DNA of 34,245 bases from Bacteroidia bacterium (GTDB lineage Bacteria > Bacteroidota > Bacteroidia > UBA4408), in the NCBI GenBank assembly GCA_040080595.1, contig JBEBIC010000003.1, positions 1-34,245 on the forward strand. The letters run 5' to 3'. Shown piece after piece: positions 1 through 10,021 of this stretch. The notes below the pieces were generated by a model. The model was given only the letters and a program-made list of their open reading frames with translations, was not told where the DNA came from and ran no database searches. Every line of letters starts with the position of its first letter. Within the stretch, counting starts at the first letter, position 1. The position numbers and the translations under genes are program-made.

Positions 1-183
1 AATAGTACTTATGGTGTTATTGAAAACGTAACCATAAACAACTTACTGGGCAAAGAGGTATTGCGTGTAAACACCATTATAAACTCATCAATAATTGATA
101 TGAGTGAATTGGCATCAGGCGTATATTTTGTTATTGTTACTATTAACGGCAAAATGTATAGAACATCATTTATTAAAGAATAA
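1..183 (+). CDS. 3' end of a T9SS type A sorting-domain protein (partial, runs off the left edge)
   Basis: Frame 1 is open from base 1: NSTYGVIENVTINNLLGKEV...IDMSELASGVYFVIVTINGKMYRTSFIKE, TAA at 181-183. It has the CTD motifs NLLG, LxxGxY and terminal FIKE. Not in the ORF track. Confidence 0.9.
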   Translation, partial: NSTYGVIENVTINNLLGKEVLRVNTIINSSIIDMSELASGVYFVIVTINGKMYRTSFIKE

Positions 184-201
184 TTTTTTGATGCGTACTA
201 T

Positions 202-804
202 TTACAAAAACTGTTGCACACACAATATAGCCAAGCTAGGTTTGCAGGCTATGGTAAATACTACACCGTATAATGCGCCCGCTAAATGCGCATCGTGGTT
301 TATGTATTCGTTTTGTTGCTTGGTCATATAATAACTATAGCCCAAATACGCTATACCCCAAATTATACCTGGAAAACAAAGCAAACCATACAAACAAATA
401 CGCGACATAGGATTAAACACAATACTTGCAAATAGTACCGCACTAACCGCTCCGCTTGCCCCCACTGATGAGTAATTGCTGTTGTACATTTCTTTTTTGT
501 AACTAGGTAAAGCTGCTATTGCAATGCCCGAAATATACATTAACACAAAATAAATACTGCCTTGCAATGTGCCAAAATGCGCTTGGAAATACCCTTCGAC
601 CAATGGGCCAAAAAAGTACAATGCCATCATATTAAAAATTAAATGAGGAAAATCGGCATGTGCAAAACCATGGGTTATAAATCGCCACCATTCGTTATTG
701 CGCTTTATGCGGTAAGGGATAAATAGTAGTTGATTGAACAATTGCTCGTTGTAAAAGCATAATGCTGATAACGCAACAGTAAGAATTAGGAGGTAGAGGG
801 ACAT
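202..804 (-). CDS. Rhomboid family intramembrane serine protease
   Basis: WRFITHGFAHAD..H..FNM, catalytic GASG and AHLAG motifs, several hydrophobic segments. Confidence 0.95.
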   Translation of the reverse strand: MSLYLLILTVALSALCFYNEQLFNQLLFIPYRIKRNNEWWRFITHGFAHADFPHLIFNMMALYFFGPLVEGYFQAHFGTLQGSIYFVLMYISGIAIAALPSYKKEMYNSNYSSVGASGAVSAVLFASIVFNPMSRICLYGLLCFPGIIWGIAYLGYSYYMTKQQNEYINHDAHLAGALYGVVFTIACKPSLAILCVQQFL

Positions 805-936
805 TGTGCTGGGTGGTGGGTTTTGTGTTATGTATATTGTAAGGCTTTACTGGGTGGTAAATTTGTATAGCGGCTGTATTGTGTGAGATGTAAAAATTAA
901 AGCCGAGTGGCATACCCATAACTTAATAAGATTACA

Positions 937-944
937 CAAAACTA
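937..944 (-). promoter_or_regulatory. Putative Bacteroidota -7 promoter element (TAGTTTTG) for the rhomboid gene
   Basis: Exact TAnnTTTG match on the minus strand in the divergent intergenic region. Confidence 0.4.
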
Positions 945-1063
945 AAAATTAGTTTGAATACTAGGTTCAATAATTAATTGCGGTATTAAATATAAGGCTT
1001 GATATGTTTTAGTATATTCGCACTTACCACCAGTTAGTAAATAAAAGTGGGTACATACAACAC

Positions 1064-4000
1064 ATGCAAGCAGAACCAATAACACAAGCACCTAAAAACT
1101 TTACGGTATATAAATCATCGGCGGGAGCAGGCAAAACATTTACATTAGTAAAAGAATATTTGTGCTTGTGTGTAACTAATCCGCGGGAGGATTATTACCG
1201 TAGTATATTAGCCATAACCTTTACCAACAAAGCCGCAGGCGAAATGCGTGAGCGTGTACTTAGCGTGCTTAATGCGTGGTGCAATAATACAGAGAGCAAC
1301 ACCAGTGCATTTATAATGTTGGATTTGATATGTAAGCAACTAAACCTTACTAGAGAAAGCGTACAAGTACGTGCCGCACGTGTATATACACACATGTTGC
1401 ACCATTACAGCGATATAAGCATTAAGACCATTGACAAATTTACTACGCAAGTTATACGCACATTTGCCAGCGATTTGGGTATGCCTGCGCATTTTCAACT
1501 TACGGTAGATACCCACGAACCTTTACAATATGCGGTGCAAGAGTTGCTATCAAAGGCGGGCGAAGATAGTGTACTGTCGGACGTGATACTAAAATACGTA
1601 ATGCACCAGTTAGACGACGATAAAGATTACAAACTGCACGAATCTTTATATAAAGCAGGTAGGCTAGTGTTTGACGAAAAGCATTTTGACAAACTAAAAA
1701 GCACGCAACACATTACCCTTACCAATTATTTAACCCAACAACAAGCGCTAAAAAAAGAAGTTACCACTATAGCCACTAACGCACAAAATATAGCCAAACA
1801 GCTATTGGCGTTGGTGGCGCAGCAAGGTTTAACAGTTGCTGATTTTACATCGGGTACTAAAGGCCCAATGGGTCAAGTAGCTAAGTTAATTACGGAGCGT
1901 TACACAATAGCAAGTTATGCGTTTTTGGACAAAGCAGGCGTAAAAAAAGCAATAAGCGATAATGCTTGGTATGCTAAAACCAATGCCAAAAACGTAGGCG
2001 CAAGTATAGATAGTATTACACCACAGTTAAATAGTTTAATGACTGAACTATACGCCACAATGACCGAAAACAAAGGCGTATTTACACTTACACAATTAGT
2101 GTTGGATAATTTTTATGCGTTTATATTACTTACCGAAATAGACAAATTAGTACAACAATACAAAGAGGAAAACAACACCGCATTGCTTGCCGAATTTAAT
2201 GCAACCATAGCGCAAGTAGTGGCACAAGAGCCTGCACCGTTTATATACGAACGCTTGGGCGAACGTTACAATCATTTTTTGATAGATGAGTTTCAGGATA
2301 CTTCTACTATGCAATTTATTAACCTATTGCCATTGCTTGATAATAGCCTTGCGCAGGGGCATAGCAACTTATTGGTGGGCGATGCCAAACAATCTATTTA
2401 CCGCTTTAGAGGTGGCGAAGCATCGTTAATAAGCAACTTGCCACACATTGCTATGGACGAAAACAATGCGCTGTTTACTGCCTACAAAAACACATTGCAA
2501 CGCAACTTTACCAATAGTGTACTAAACAGTAATTTTAGGTCTAAACGAGAGGTAATAGAGTTTAATAATTATTTTTTTGAAGAAAGCAAACAATTCCTAA
2601 ACCCTTTGGTAGCAAGCTATTACGAAGAACACACGCAATTATTTAAGGAGGATAATACAGGTGGATATGTAAATGTACAATTAACAGAATATGAAAACGT
2701 AGCACAGTATGACGAACTTGCCTGCGAGTATGTATTGCACCAAATAAACAACTGCATTGCCGATGGATATACGCTTGGCGACATAGCTATACTGGTGCGT
2801 GGCAATAAAGACGGTGCAACTATTGCCGAGTTTTTAAAAGAAAATAATATAAACGTATTAAGCGACGATGCCTTGTGGCTGGGCAAAAACGCTACCGTAA
2901 AATTTATACTTAATGTATGCGCCTTAGTTACCGATTTGCAAAATTACAATGCCGCACATGCGGTTATTAATTATTTGTATCACAACCAACAAACCACGCA
3001 AGCTCAATATTTACAAGCTATGCAGAGCTTACGTAGCAAGCAACCCATAGCTATGGTTATAAATGCTACGCACCCACTGGTTAATTTTAAAGCATTGCAA
3101 GCCCTAAGCTTGTACGATGCGGTGCAGTATATAGTAATGCAATTTAAACTTATGGAGCGTGCTCCTAACTACGTATTGTCGTTTTTGAATAACGTATGGG
3201 CACATACTATTGATGGGCAAGATAGCTGGGCAGAGTACATAGAATATTGGAACGCTAAAGGCTACCGACAGTCGGTAAACCAAGCCAATACAGGCAATGC
3301 GGTACGAGTGCTTACTATACACAAATCAAAAGGATTGGAATTTGATGTAGTAATAATTCCTAAAATAAATGCGGAGTATAAGTTTAATCGTAACGAAGTT
3401 ATTGATGCTTCATCATTAAATATTGACGTGCCAATGGGCTTAGTTACCATTAGTAATAAATTAGAACCTACAGTACTAAATGATTTGTACATAAGCGAAG
3501 CCATAAGTTTGCAAGCCGATGAGTTAAACACGCTATACGTAGCATTTACACGTGCTGTACATAGATTATACGTACTTAGTGGAAGCAAAATAAAAACCAA
3601 AGAGGTGGAGTTTGAATTGGATAATGATAAATGTGCTACCATAAATACTATAGTAACACAGGTTATAAAAAATGCAAAAGAATATGATGCCGCCACGCAA
3701 TGCTACACACACGGCACATTGCAACCATTTGTACAAAAACATAACGCACTCCCTACCGAAAATTTGGAGGTTAGTATGAACGAAAAAATATGGTTTAATG
3801 AATTAAGCATAGGTAAAAAACACACGCTTACTAACGCCGCTGCAACCGACTTAGACCAAAAAAACTATGGTATAGTACTGCATACTATTCTAGCACAAAT
3901 GACTACTATTACTGATGTACCCAAGCTGTTAGCCCAACTACAATTAAATGGAGAGCTTACCGCTAACGTAGCGCAAACACTACTGCACGACATTACACAA

Positions 4001-4285
4001 CTATGGCAAAGCAATGCTGTGGACGAGTGGAAAAATAATCCCATAGCCATAACCAACGAGCAAAACTTACTTACCCACTTAGGCGAAGTACTGCGCCCCG
4101 ACAAAGTAATAGAATGCACACACGAAGTATGGGTATATGATTTTAAAACTGGCGAAACCAACAGCAACCACGCACAACAAATAATTACCTACACCGATGC
4201 GCTACAACACCTGTATAATAAGCCTATACGAGGCAAACTCATTTACTTACACAACCAAGAGATAAATGGAGTAGTAGTGGTATAA
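1064..4285 (+). CDS. addA: UvrD/AddA-type ATP-dependent helicase with C-terminal PD-(D/E)xK nuclease
   Basis: Walker A SSAGAGKT, TFTNKAA, DEFQD, GDAKQSIYRFRG, TIHKSKGLEF, LYVAFTRA; C-terminal RPD...DFKTG...Q..Y nuclease motif. Confidence 0.9.
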   Translation: MQAEPITQAPKNFTVYKSSAGAGKTFTLVKEYLCLCVTNPREDYYRSILAITFTNKAAGEMRERVLSVLNAWCNNTESNTSAFIMLDLICKQLNLTRESVQVRAARVYTHMLHHYSDISIKTIDKFTTQVIRTFASDLGMPAHFQLTVDTHEPLQYAVQELLSKAGEDSVLSDVILKYVMHQLDDDKDYKLHESLYKAGRLVFDEKHFDKLKSTQHITLTNYLTQQQALKKEVTTIATNAQNIAKQLLALVAQQGLTVADFTSGTKGPMGQVAKLITERYTIASYAFLDKAGVKKAISDNAWYAKTNAKNVGASIDSITPQLNSLMTELYATMTENKGVFTLTQLVLDNFYAFILLTEIDKLVQQYKEENNTALLAEFNATIAQVVAQEPAPFIYERLGERYNHFLIDEFQDTSTMQFINLLPLLDNSLAQGHSNLLVGDAKQSIYRFRGGEASLISNLPHIAMDENNALFTAYKNTLQRNFTNSVLNSNFRSKREVIEFNNYFFEESKQFLNPLVASYYEEHTQLFKEDNTGGYVNVQLTEYENVAQYDELACEYVLHQINNCIADGYTLGDIAILVRGNKDGATIAEFLKENNINVLSDDALWLGKNATVKFILNVCALVTDLQNYNAAHAVINYLYHNQQTTQAQYLQAMQSLRSKQPIAMVINATHPLVNFKALQALSLYDAVQYIVMQFKLMERAPNYVLSFLNNVWAHTIDGQDSWAEYIEYWNAKGYRQSVNQANTGNAVRVLTIHKSKGLEFDVVIIPKINAEYKFNRNEVIDASSLNIDVPMGLVTISNKLEPTVLNDLYISEAISLQADELNTLYVAFTRAVHRLYVLSGSKIKTKEVEFELDNDKCATINTIVTQVIKNAKEYDAATQCYTHGTLQPFVQKHNALPTENLEVSMNEKIWFNELSIGKKHTLTNAAATDLDQKNYGIVLHTILAQMTTITDVPKLLAQLQLNGELTANVAQTLLHDITQLWQSNAVDEWKNNPIAITNEQNLLTHLGEVLRPDKVIECTHEVWVYDFKTGETNSNHAQQIITYTDALQHLYNKPIRGKLIYLHNQEINGVVVV

Positions 4286-4323
4286 CAATTAAAACTTGCC
4301 ATTCATCAAAAAATTAATTATTA

Positions 4324-4581
4324 TTGATAAAACAAGTTGCATATTGCTTACGCCTAAGTGTAGTAGCTATGAGTTTTTTACTACTGGATATTAGCGGTGC
4401 TACAGCGCAAGTAAATCCTGATTATTTTGATACTTGGGTAAATACTACCACCAAAAGTTTTGTACAAATAAAACACTAAGCCGATAGCCTATATGCCTTA
4501 AACTCCAAATTAACACAGAGTAATATCCTAAAACAAGAACTGAGCGAAGCATTCCCTTGGTTACAACAAAATAACAATTAA
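4324..4581 (+). pseudogene. Possible remnant of a small secreted-protein gene with one in-frame stop
   Basis: TTG 4324 opens (M)IKQVAYCLRLSVVAMSFLLLDISGATAQVNPDYFDTW..., with a signal-peptide-like ATA|Q. TAA at 4477-4479, then the same frame stays open to TAA 4579-4581 (...LKQELSEAFPWLQQNNN). Confidence 0.35.
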
Positions 4582-4594
4582 CTCAACTAAAACC

Positions 4595-5515
4595 ATGAAA
4601 ACAATTATACTTACACTAAGCATTGCAATAGCAATAATAAGTAATAGCAAGGGGCAAAATTCAACAACGTACCGTAATGTATATGATTTTAATATTGGTG
4701 ATGTGTTTGAATACAAGAGAGATGGCTATAGTTCAACACCAAACTTAACCGATTTACAGCATTTTGAAATAACAGGCAAAACATATACTAACGCCACTAC
4801 TGTGCAATACACACGTAATTATTACTTTGTACAAGATTACCTAACCCCTACAGGTAGTTGGCCTCCTGCTATTTTACACAGAAGTTATACTAGCGGTAAC
4901 GATGTTGTTACATATAGTTTCTTAAATGATACTGTAGCATTACCCTCTCGAAATACCTATTGCGATAGCATTACGCCACATGAACATATAGAAACCGTTT
5001 ACTACGACTCTTTACGGTGCAACGGCGCCTATATGCATCTTTTACAAAATTTACCCGCCTCTTCTCCATCGTGTTTAATTCCTGTAGATGCAGTACAGGA
5101 TACAAATATGTATGTAAACAAATTAGGAAAAATTATTTTTGATGAATCAGGTCATCAATCAGGTTATAATTATCATAAATATGTACGTTTATATCACTAT
5201 ATTAAACAAGATTCATTAGGTAACCAAATTACGTGTGGAATACAAGACTCCGCATTTAATTATTTTACAATAGGCTTAAACAGTAAACAAGCACGAGAAA
5301 TAATACTAACCCTATCCCCCAACCCCACCACTCACAGCCTAAACGTATATGCGCCTAACGCCACGCTACTTAAGGTGTATAATGTATTAGGCGAAGAAGT
5401 GCAAAGCACTACTACCACAGTACCTACCACTAGCCTAAACATAAGCAACCTACACAATGGCATATATCTACTTAAAACCAACACGGGGCAAGTGGCTAAG
5501 TTTATAAAAGAATAG
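4595..5515 (+). CDS. T9SS type A sorting-domain protein, cargo of unknown function
   Basis: Signal peptide (SKG|Q); C-terminal PNP...YNVLG...GIY...KFIKE. Confidence 0.9.
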   Translation: MKTIILTLSIAIAIISNSKGQNSTTYRNVYDFNIGDVFEYKRDGYSSTPNLTDLQHFEITGKTYTNATTVQYTRNYYFVQDYLTPTGSWPPAILHRSYTSGNDVVTYSFLNDTVALPSRNTYCDSITPHEHIETVYYDSLRCNGAYMHLLQNLPASSPSCLIPVDAVQDTNMYVNKLGKIIFDESGHQSGYNYHKYVRLYHYIKQDSLGNQITCGIQDSAFNYFTIGLNSKQAREIILTLSPNPTTHSLNVYAPNATLLKVYNVLGEEVQSTTTTVPTTSLNISNLHNGIYLLKTNTGQVAKFIKE

Positions 5516-5518
5516 AAA

Positions 5519-6688
5519 ATGAATTATAAAATTTTTATTGCATGCTTACTATTAAGCACCATAAGTAAAGCGCAACCATGGACTCAAGTTGCCGATTTTA
5601 CTGGCACTGAGCGCGACGATGCTACGGCTTTTGTAATAGGTAATACGGCCTATTGTATTACTGGTTACCAAGTAGGTTGGTCGCCTACGGCAAATGGCGC
5701 AGCATTTAACGGCAGTACCGAAACGTGGTTGCCCATGCAAGCATTACCCGCAGGCAAGGAGCGCCAATACGCCACTTCATTTGCACACAACAATTATGGT
5801 TATGTGCTTGGAGGTGTTGGTAATACTGTATTAAACGACTTTTGGCAATATAACCCTACTACTAACGCATGGTTGCAATTGCCCAATTTCCCCGATAGTG
5901 CTATACAAGGTATGAGTTCGTTTATACTAAACAATAAGGTGTATGTAGTGGGCGGAAAGCGAGCTAGCAACCATATAACCAACGCCGTGTGGGAATATGA
6001 CTTTAGTACAAGCACTTGGACACAAAAAAACAATATGCCCAACAATGGCATGTGGCGTGGCGCCGCATTTAGCATAGATAGCACAGCGTACATTTGTTTT
6101 GGAATAAATAATAACAACGCATACAATACTGCTATGTATAGTTACACAAGCACAAATGATACTTGGCACAAAATAAATACTGCCCCACTACCCCCACGCA
6201 AGTACGTAAGCACAGTAGTAATAAACGGTAAAGCACTATTATACGGTGGGCAAGATTCGTTAAACATATTTAGCAACGATTTACTTTCTTACAACCCTAC
6301 CGACAGTAGCTTTGCAACACACGCAGGCATTCCTACCATTGCACGTAAGGGAGCGGTAGCATTTGCACTAAACAATATACTTTACCTAAGCACGGGCATT
6401 AACACTAACTATGTACGCCTAAAAGAAACCTGGAAAAACACACAGTTTGTAGGCATTGCTACCAAAACCGAAAACAATACGCTTAGGCTATATCCTAATC
6501 CTGCTACGCATACATTACATATATACGCCCCGCACCCCACACCACTTACTGTATATAATATGTTAGGAGAACTCGTACAAAGCACTACTACCAATGGGTA
6601 CAACGCTACGTTAGATATAACAACATTGCCCACAGGTATTTATATAATAAAAACTAGTGGGCAAGTAGCTAAGTTTATAAAAGAGTAG
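5519..6688 (+). CDS. Kelch-repeat beta-propeller protein with T9SS type A sorting domain
   Basis: About six Kelch repeats (e.g. F..NNKVYVVGG...VWEYD..T..W), signal peptide SKA|Q, YPNP...KFIKE CTD. Confidence 0.92.
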   Translation: MNYKIFIACLLLSTISKAQPWTQVADFTGTERDDATAFVIGNTAYCITGYQVGWSPTANGAAFNGSTETWLPMQALPAGKERQYATSFAHNNYGYVLGGVGNTVLNDFWQYNPTTNAWLQLPNFPDSAIQGMSSFILNNKVYVVGGKRASNHITNAVWEYDFSTSTWTQKNNMPNNGMWRGAAFSIDSTAYICFGINNNNAYNTAMYSYTSTNDTWHKINTAPLPPRKYVSTVVINGKALLYGGQDSLNIFSNDLLSYNPTDSSFATHAGIPTIARKGAVAFALNNILYLSTGINTNYVRLKETWKNTQFVGIATKTENNTLRLYPNPATHTLHIYAPHPTPLTVYNMLGELVQSTTTNGYNATLDITTLPTGIYIIKTSGQVAKFIKE

Positions 6689-6701
6689 TAAGGGTTGGGT
6701 A

Positions 6702-7244
6702 TTAAGGTTGTTTTGCTTTTAAAGTGTTATTAAGTATAAGCACCAACTCATCGTGTTTTATTTGAAGCGTGTTGGAAGTTATACTAAGCGGTGTTCCGTA
6801 CATATTAATACCAAACAGCATCAATTTTCTTTTTAAGTAGCTCAATTGTTTGTCAATATATTCTTGTGGGTTTTTTACTTCAATGATGATAATTTTTTGT
6901 TTGTTAATTTGAACTTCATAGATTTTTTCAATATCACTCCATACTATTAGTCCAGCAGAAACGCCATGTGAATTATCTGTGATTCCTATATTATCAATGA
7001 TAAGTCCTGGTTTATTCTCGTATAATTTCTTGGCTATAAAAATGAAAGCAGGCGCAAAAAATAAAATTGAAATAGCGCCAATTACAAAAGCAAATATCGG
7101 GTTAGCATGTGCGTACCTACCATTTGTTGGTGGATTAAATACTAACCAAAGTCCAAGAGCTACAAATGCCAATGAACCTATTAACATCTGTAGCAATTTT
7201 TTTTTGCTTAAAGGTATTTCAACCTGCCCTATTGTACTTACCAT
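6702..7244 (-). CDS. STM3941-family membrane protein
   Basis: SKKK followed by two TM helices, then KPGLIID..GI.DNS...G.I.WSDI and a C-terminal GTP..I pattern recalled for this family. Confidence 0.75.
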   Translation of the reverse strand: MVSTIGQVEIPLSKKKLLQMLIGSLAFVALGLWLVFNPPTNGRYAHANPIFAFVIGAISILFFAPAFIFIAKKLYENKPGLIIDNIGITDNSHGVSAGLIVWSDIEKIYEVQINKQKIIIIEVKNPQEYIDKQLSYLKRKLMLFGINMYGTPLSITSNTLQIKHDELVLILNNTLKAKQP

Positions 7245-7293
7245 AAATATGGTTTTAATACCTTAAATTAAAAAACTGCATAATACCTAATAA

Positions 7294-9429
7294 CTACTCT
7301 ACAATTAATTTTTTAATTGTTTTGTTACCATTGGTGCTTAGTACTATTAAGTACATGCCTTTGGCTAATTTACTAGTGTTTATGTCGTAGTTATGGTCGC
7401 CTTGTGTTAGGTTGGTGTTGCATATAGTTTGTTCGGTTTGTCCCAACACGTTTGTTATTGCTAACGAAACATGGCTTGCTTGGGTTAATGAAAAATTAAT
7501 TACCGACAATTCTTGCGATGGATTAGGGTTTACCGAAAAATTATTTTTGTACAACGAAGCGCTCGTTAATCCTATAGGGGTAGATAGGTTAGTAATAATT
7601 TCAATATCATCAATGTATAAATTATTACCTCCACCTGGCGTAAATATATATTTTAGCACCACATTATTATTACCGTAGGCAGCAGCTAAATTATTAACTG
7701 TAACTAATTTCCATTCGCTAGTGCTAGCGGCAATAGGCACATAATTATTAAATGTAAAGTTTCCAGCAATGGGGCTTAAATCGTTAGCTGGATTAACCGT
7801 GTTAGCCGTACGTGTATAACGTGGCGTACCTACAAACCCAAGCGAACAGTTAGATTGCATATATAAATCTAACTTATCGTTGTTGGTGTTATCAATAGGT
7901 GTGTAGGCGTATCTAAATTTTAATGTAGCAGAGGTTACTCCAGTAAAATCGAGTGGAGGAAACACTATTTCGTCTGTTGCTACAGATGTGCCACTGTTGT
8001 TGTTTAATAGTAAACACTTATTGCCTGTAAAGCTACTTGCAGTAGTGGTTTGAAAATACTTGTTGTCGTTATCCGTATTTATTACTGCCCAGTTTTGTGC
8101 AAAGGTGGTACTGTTTTCAAAACCTTCGTAAAAATTAGCAACAGGCGTAGCCGCTACAGCATCAAACACATGTATAACACTTGTTTTGGTTATAGTATTA
8201 GCCCCCACACTATTAGTAACTGTAAGCGTTACGTTATATGTGCCTGCGGTAGCATAGGTAACTTGTTCGGTTGCGTTGGTTGATGTTGCGGGTGTACCGC
8301 CCTGAAACGTCCAAGCATAAGAAGTAGGTACAGCGTTGGTAGAAGCATCGGTATAAGTTACAGGGAGGTTTACGCAGATTAATGTTTTGTTAGTTTTAAA
8401 ATTGGCATTGGGAGCGCAAGCTGTAGCATTGGTAACGCCTGTGGCAAGTAAGTTAGCACTTGTCCATAAGTTATTGCGCCCCGATGTTGATGATAATAAA
8501 GCATCTTGCATACGCACCCCTTGGTCGTGTGTAAACATGTGTTCGCAGTACGAATAGTCCATAAAATTTTGAAAATTTTCATCAACACCAGGCGTACATA
8601 TTTGGTACGAAGCTGGATTAGCAGCATTTGGGCAAGTTAAAAAACCTTTTGATGTAGGTGTATCGTTTACAAAATCGTCGTTGTTACAATCTACACCACA
8701 TTCGTTCCAACCAAAGGTGTGTAATAAATCAAGCCAATGCCCTACTTCGTGTGTTAGTACACGAGAGTTAAATGCGCTTGAAGTACCTATAGAACCTACA
8801 TAATCATGTAGTACAACTATGGCGTCGGTAGGGTTGCCTGTATTCCAAGAACCTGGTAAATAGGTGTAACCTGCAGCACTAAAACCATTGCTAAGTTTTA
8901 TGGTTTTAACTACATATATGTTCATATACTTGGTAGGATCCCAACCTTGACTGTATAACGTAGGCGAAGCGTCGTCCCACTTTGAATCGGCGGAGTAATA
9001 ATGTATAATACCGTTGGTACAGTTGCCCTGTGGGTCTTTGGTTGCTAATGCAAAACGAATATTGGTAGAATCGGCAATGGTTTTAAACGAAGGTATAATG
9101 GCGGTGGTATCGGCATTGCGTTTGCCATAATCAATGTTTAAAATATTCATTTGGTCTAACACTTGCGCATCGCTTATGTTTTCGTTACCTCCTAAGTGCA
9201 ATATATGAAACACTACAGGTATAGTGTAAGGTCCCACTTGTTGCTTTCTACTCCCATAGTTAGCACTACGTTGTGCATTATTTTTTGCGTCCATACGTGC
9301 TTTTAATGTAGGGTCAGCATCAAAGCGTTTTTGCATAACAGCATCACTACCACAGTGTAAGTTATGTTGTGCCAATGCGCTTGTGCTTATTGCTAGCGCA
9401 GTACTTACAAGTAAAAATAGTTGTTTCAT
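7294..9429 (-). CDS. M43 (pappalysin/ulilysin-like) zinc metalloprotease with PKD domain and T9SS type A CTD
   Basis: HEVGHWLDLLH zinc motif, NFMDY Met-turn, CG propeptide, IPVVFH, PKD-like WTFQGGTP...Y.TAGTY.V.L, terminal KKLIVE. Confidence 0.93.
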   Translation of the reverse strand: MKQLFLLVSTALAISTSALAQHNLHCGSDAVMQKRFDADPTLKARMDAKNNAQRSANYGSRKQQVGPYTIPVVFHILHLGGNENISDAQVLDQMNILNIDYGKRNADTTAIIPSFKTIADSTNIRFALATKDPQGNCTNGIIHYYSADSKWDDASPTLYSQGWDPTKYMNIYVVKTIKLSNGFSAAGYTYLPGSWNTGNPTDAIVVLHDYVGSIGTSSAFNSRVLTHEVGHWLDLLHTFGWNECGVDCNNDDFVNDTPTSKGFLTCPNAANPASYQICTPGVDENFQNFMDYSYCEHMFTHDQGVRMQDALLSSTSGRNNLWTSANLLATGVTNATACAPNANFKTNKTLICVNLPVTYTDASTNAVPTSYAWTFQGGTPATSTNATEQVTYATAGTYNVTLTVTNSVGANTITKTSVIHVFDAVAATPVANFYEGFENSTTFAQNWAVINTDNDNKYFQTTTASSFTGNKCLLLNNNSGTSVATDEIVFPPLDFTGVTSATLKFRYAYTPIDNTNNDKLDLYMQSNCSLGFVGTPRYTRTANTVNPANDLSPIAGNFTFNNYVPIAASTSEWKLVTVNNLAAAYGNNNVVLKYIFTPGGGNNLYIDDIEIITNLSTPIGLTSASLYKNNFSVNPNPSQELSVINFSLTQASHVSLAITNVLGQTEQTICNTNLTQGDHNYDINTSKLAKGMYLIVLSTNGNKTIKKLIVE

Positions 9430-9481
9430 AATAAGTAATATTAAGGGTAATGTATAGGTTTAAAATAGAGTTGTTGCTAAA

Positions 9482-9489
9482 CAAAGTTA
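9482..9489 (-). promoter_or_regulatory. Putative -7 promoter element (TAACTTTG) for the M43 protease gene
   Basis: TAnnTTTG match about 50 nt upstream of the start codon. Confidence 0.45.
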
Positions 9490-9519
9490 GCAAAACAATA
9501 CAACACTACACACATTATT

Positions 9520-9939
9520 TTAATTGGTAATACGCAACACGTTACCGTCCCAAGTGGTGGCATAGCGCACCAGTTGTTGCCCGCCAGGCCCTTGTATAGA
9601 TGTGCCGTCGGTTATCAAAAACTTAGACCCACTACACGCATCTACTATTATTACATTGTTACTGGTGTCTATGTTGCATACACAGTTTTTGCTGGGTTGA
9701 TAAGTACTTGTGCGTTCGTAGGCTATAAATTCGTTTACATCTTTACGGTACACAATTATACCATTAACGCCACCATTTATATATTGCCAACCACTTATTG
9801 CATTTAACTTATAATACTGTGGTGTGCTTGGGTAAATAGTTACATTAACGCTTACATAGGGCATTACATCTCTGGTTTTACCACAACCAAAAGCTACAAT
9901 AACTCCAATTGTTAAAAAGTATCTTAATATTTTAATCAT
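9520..9939 (-). CDS. Lipoprotein with a degenerate Rieske-like fold
   Basis: Lipobox AFG|C; GG..GIIVYR...F.AYER...C.GS.F...G....GP....L..Y follows the Rieske fold pattern, but the Cys/His ligands are mostly missing. Confidence 0.7.
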   Translation of the reverse strand: MIKILRYFLTIGVIVAFGCGKTRDVMPYVSVNVTIYPSTPQYYKLNAISGWQYINGGVNGIIVYRKDVNEFIAYERTSTYQPSKNCVCNIDTSNNVIIVDACSGSKFLITDGTSIQGPGGQQLVRYATTWDGNVLRITN

Positions 9940-9945
9940 CTATTG

Positions 9946-9953
9946 CAAAACTA
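9946..9953 (-). promoter_or_regulatory. Putative -7 promoter element (TAGTTTTG-CA), implying a near-leaderless transcript
   Basis: TAnnTTTG followed by CA, only 6 nt before the ATG at 9939. Confidence 0.4.
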
Positions 9954-10021
9954 ATCCTTTTCATTAACTATTTTCGCATTAATTATAGTAAACTAAATTT
10001 AACCACAATACCGCAGGAAGC

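Noticed and set aside
695-919. 74-aa ORF overlapping the rhomboid start, and two ctgggtggt motifs near addA (Chi-like?)
   Set aside because: No protein features and out-of-frame overlap; two copies of a 9-mer are not evidence for a Chi site.
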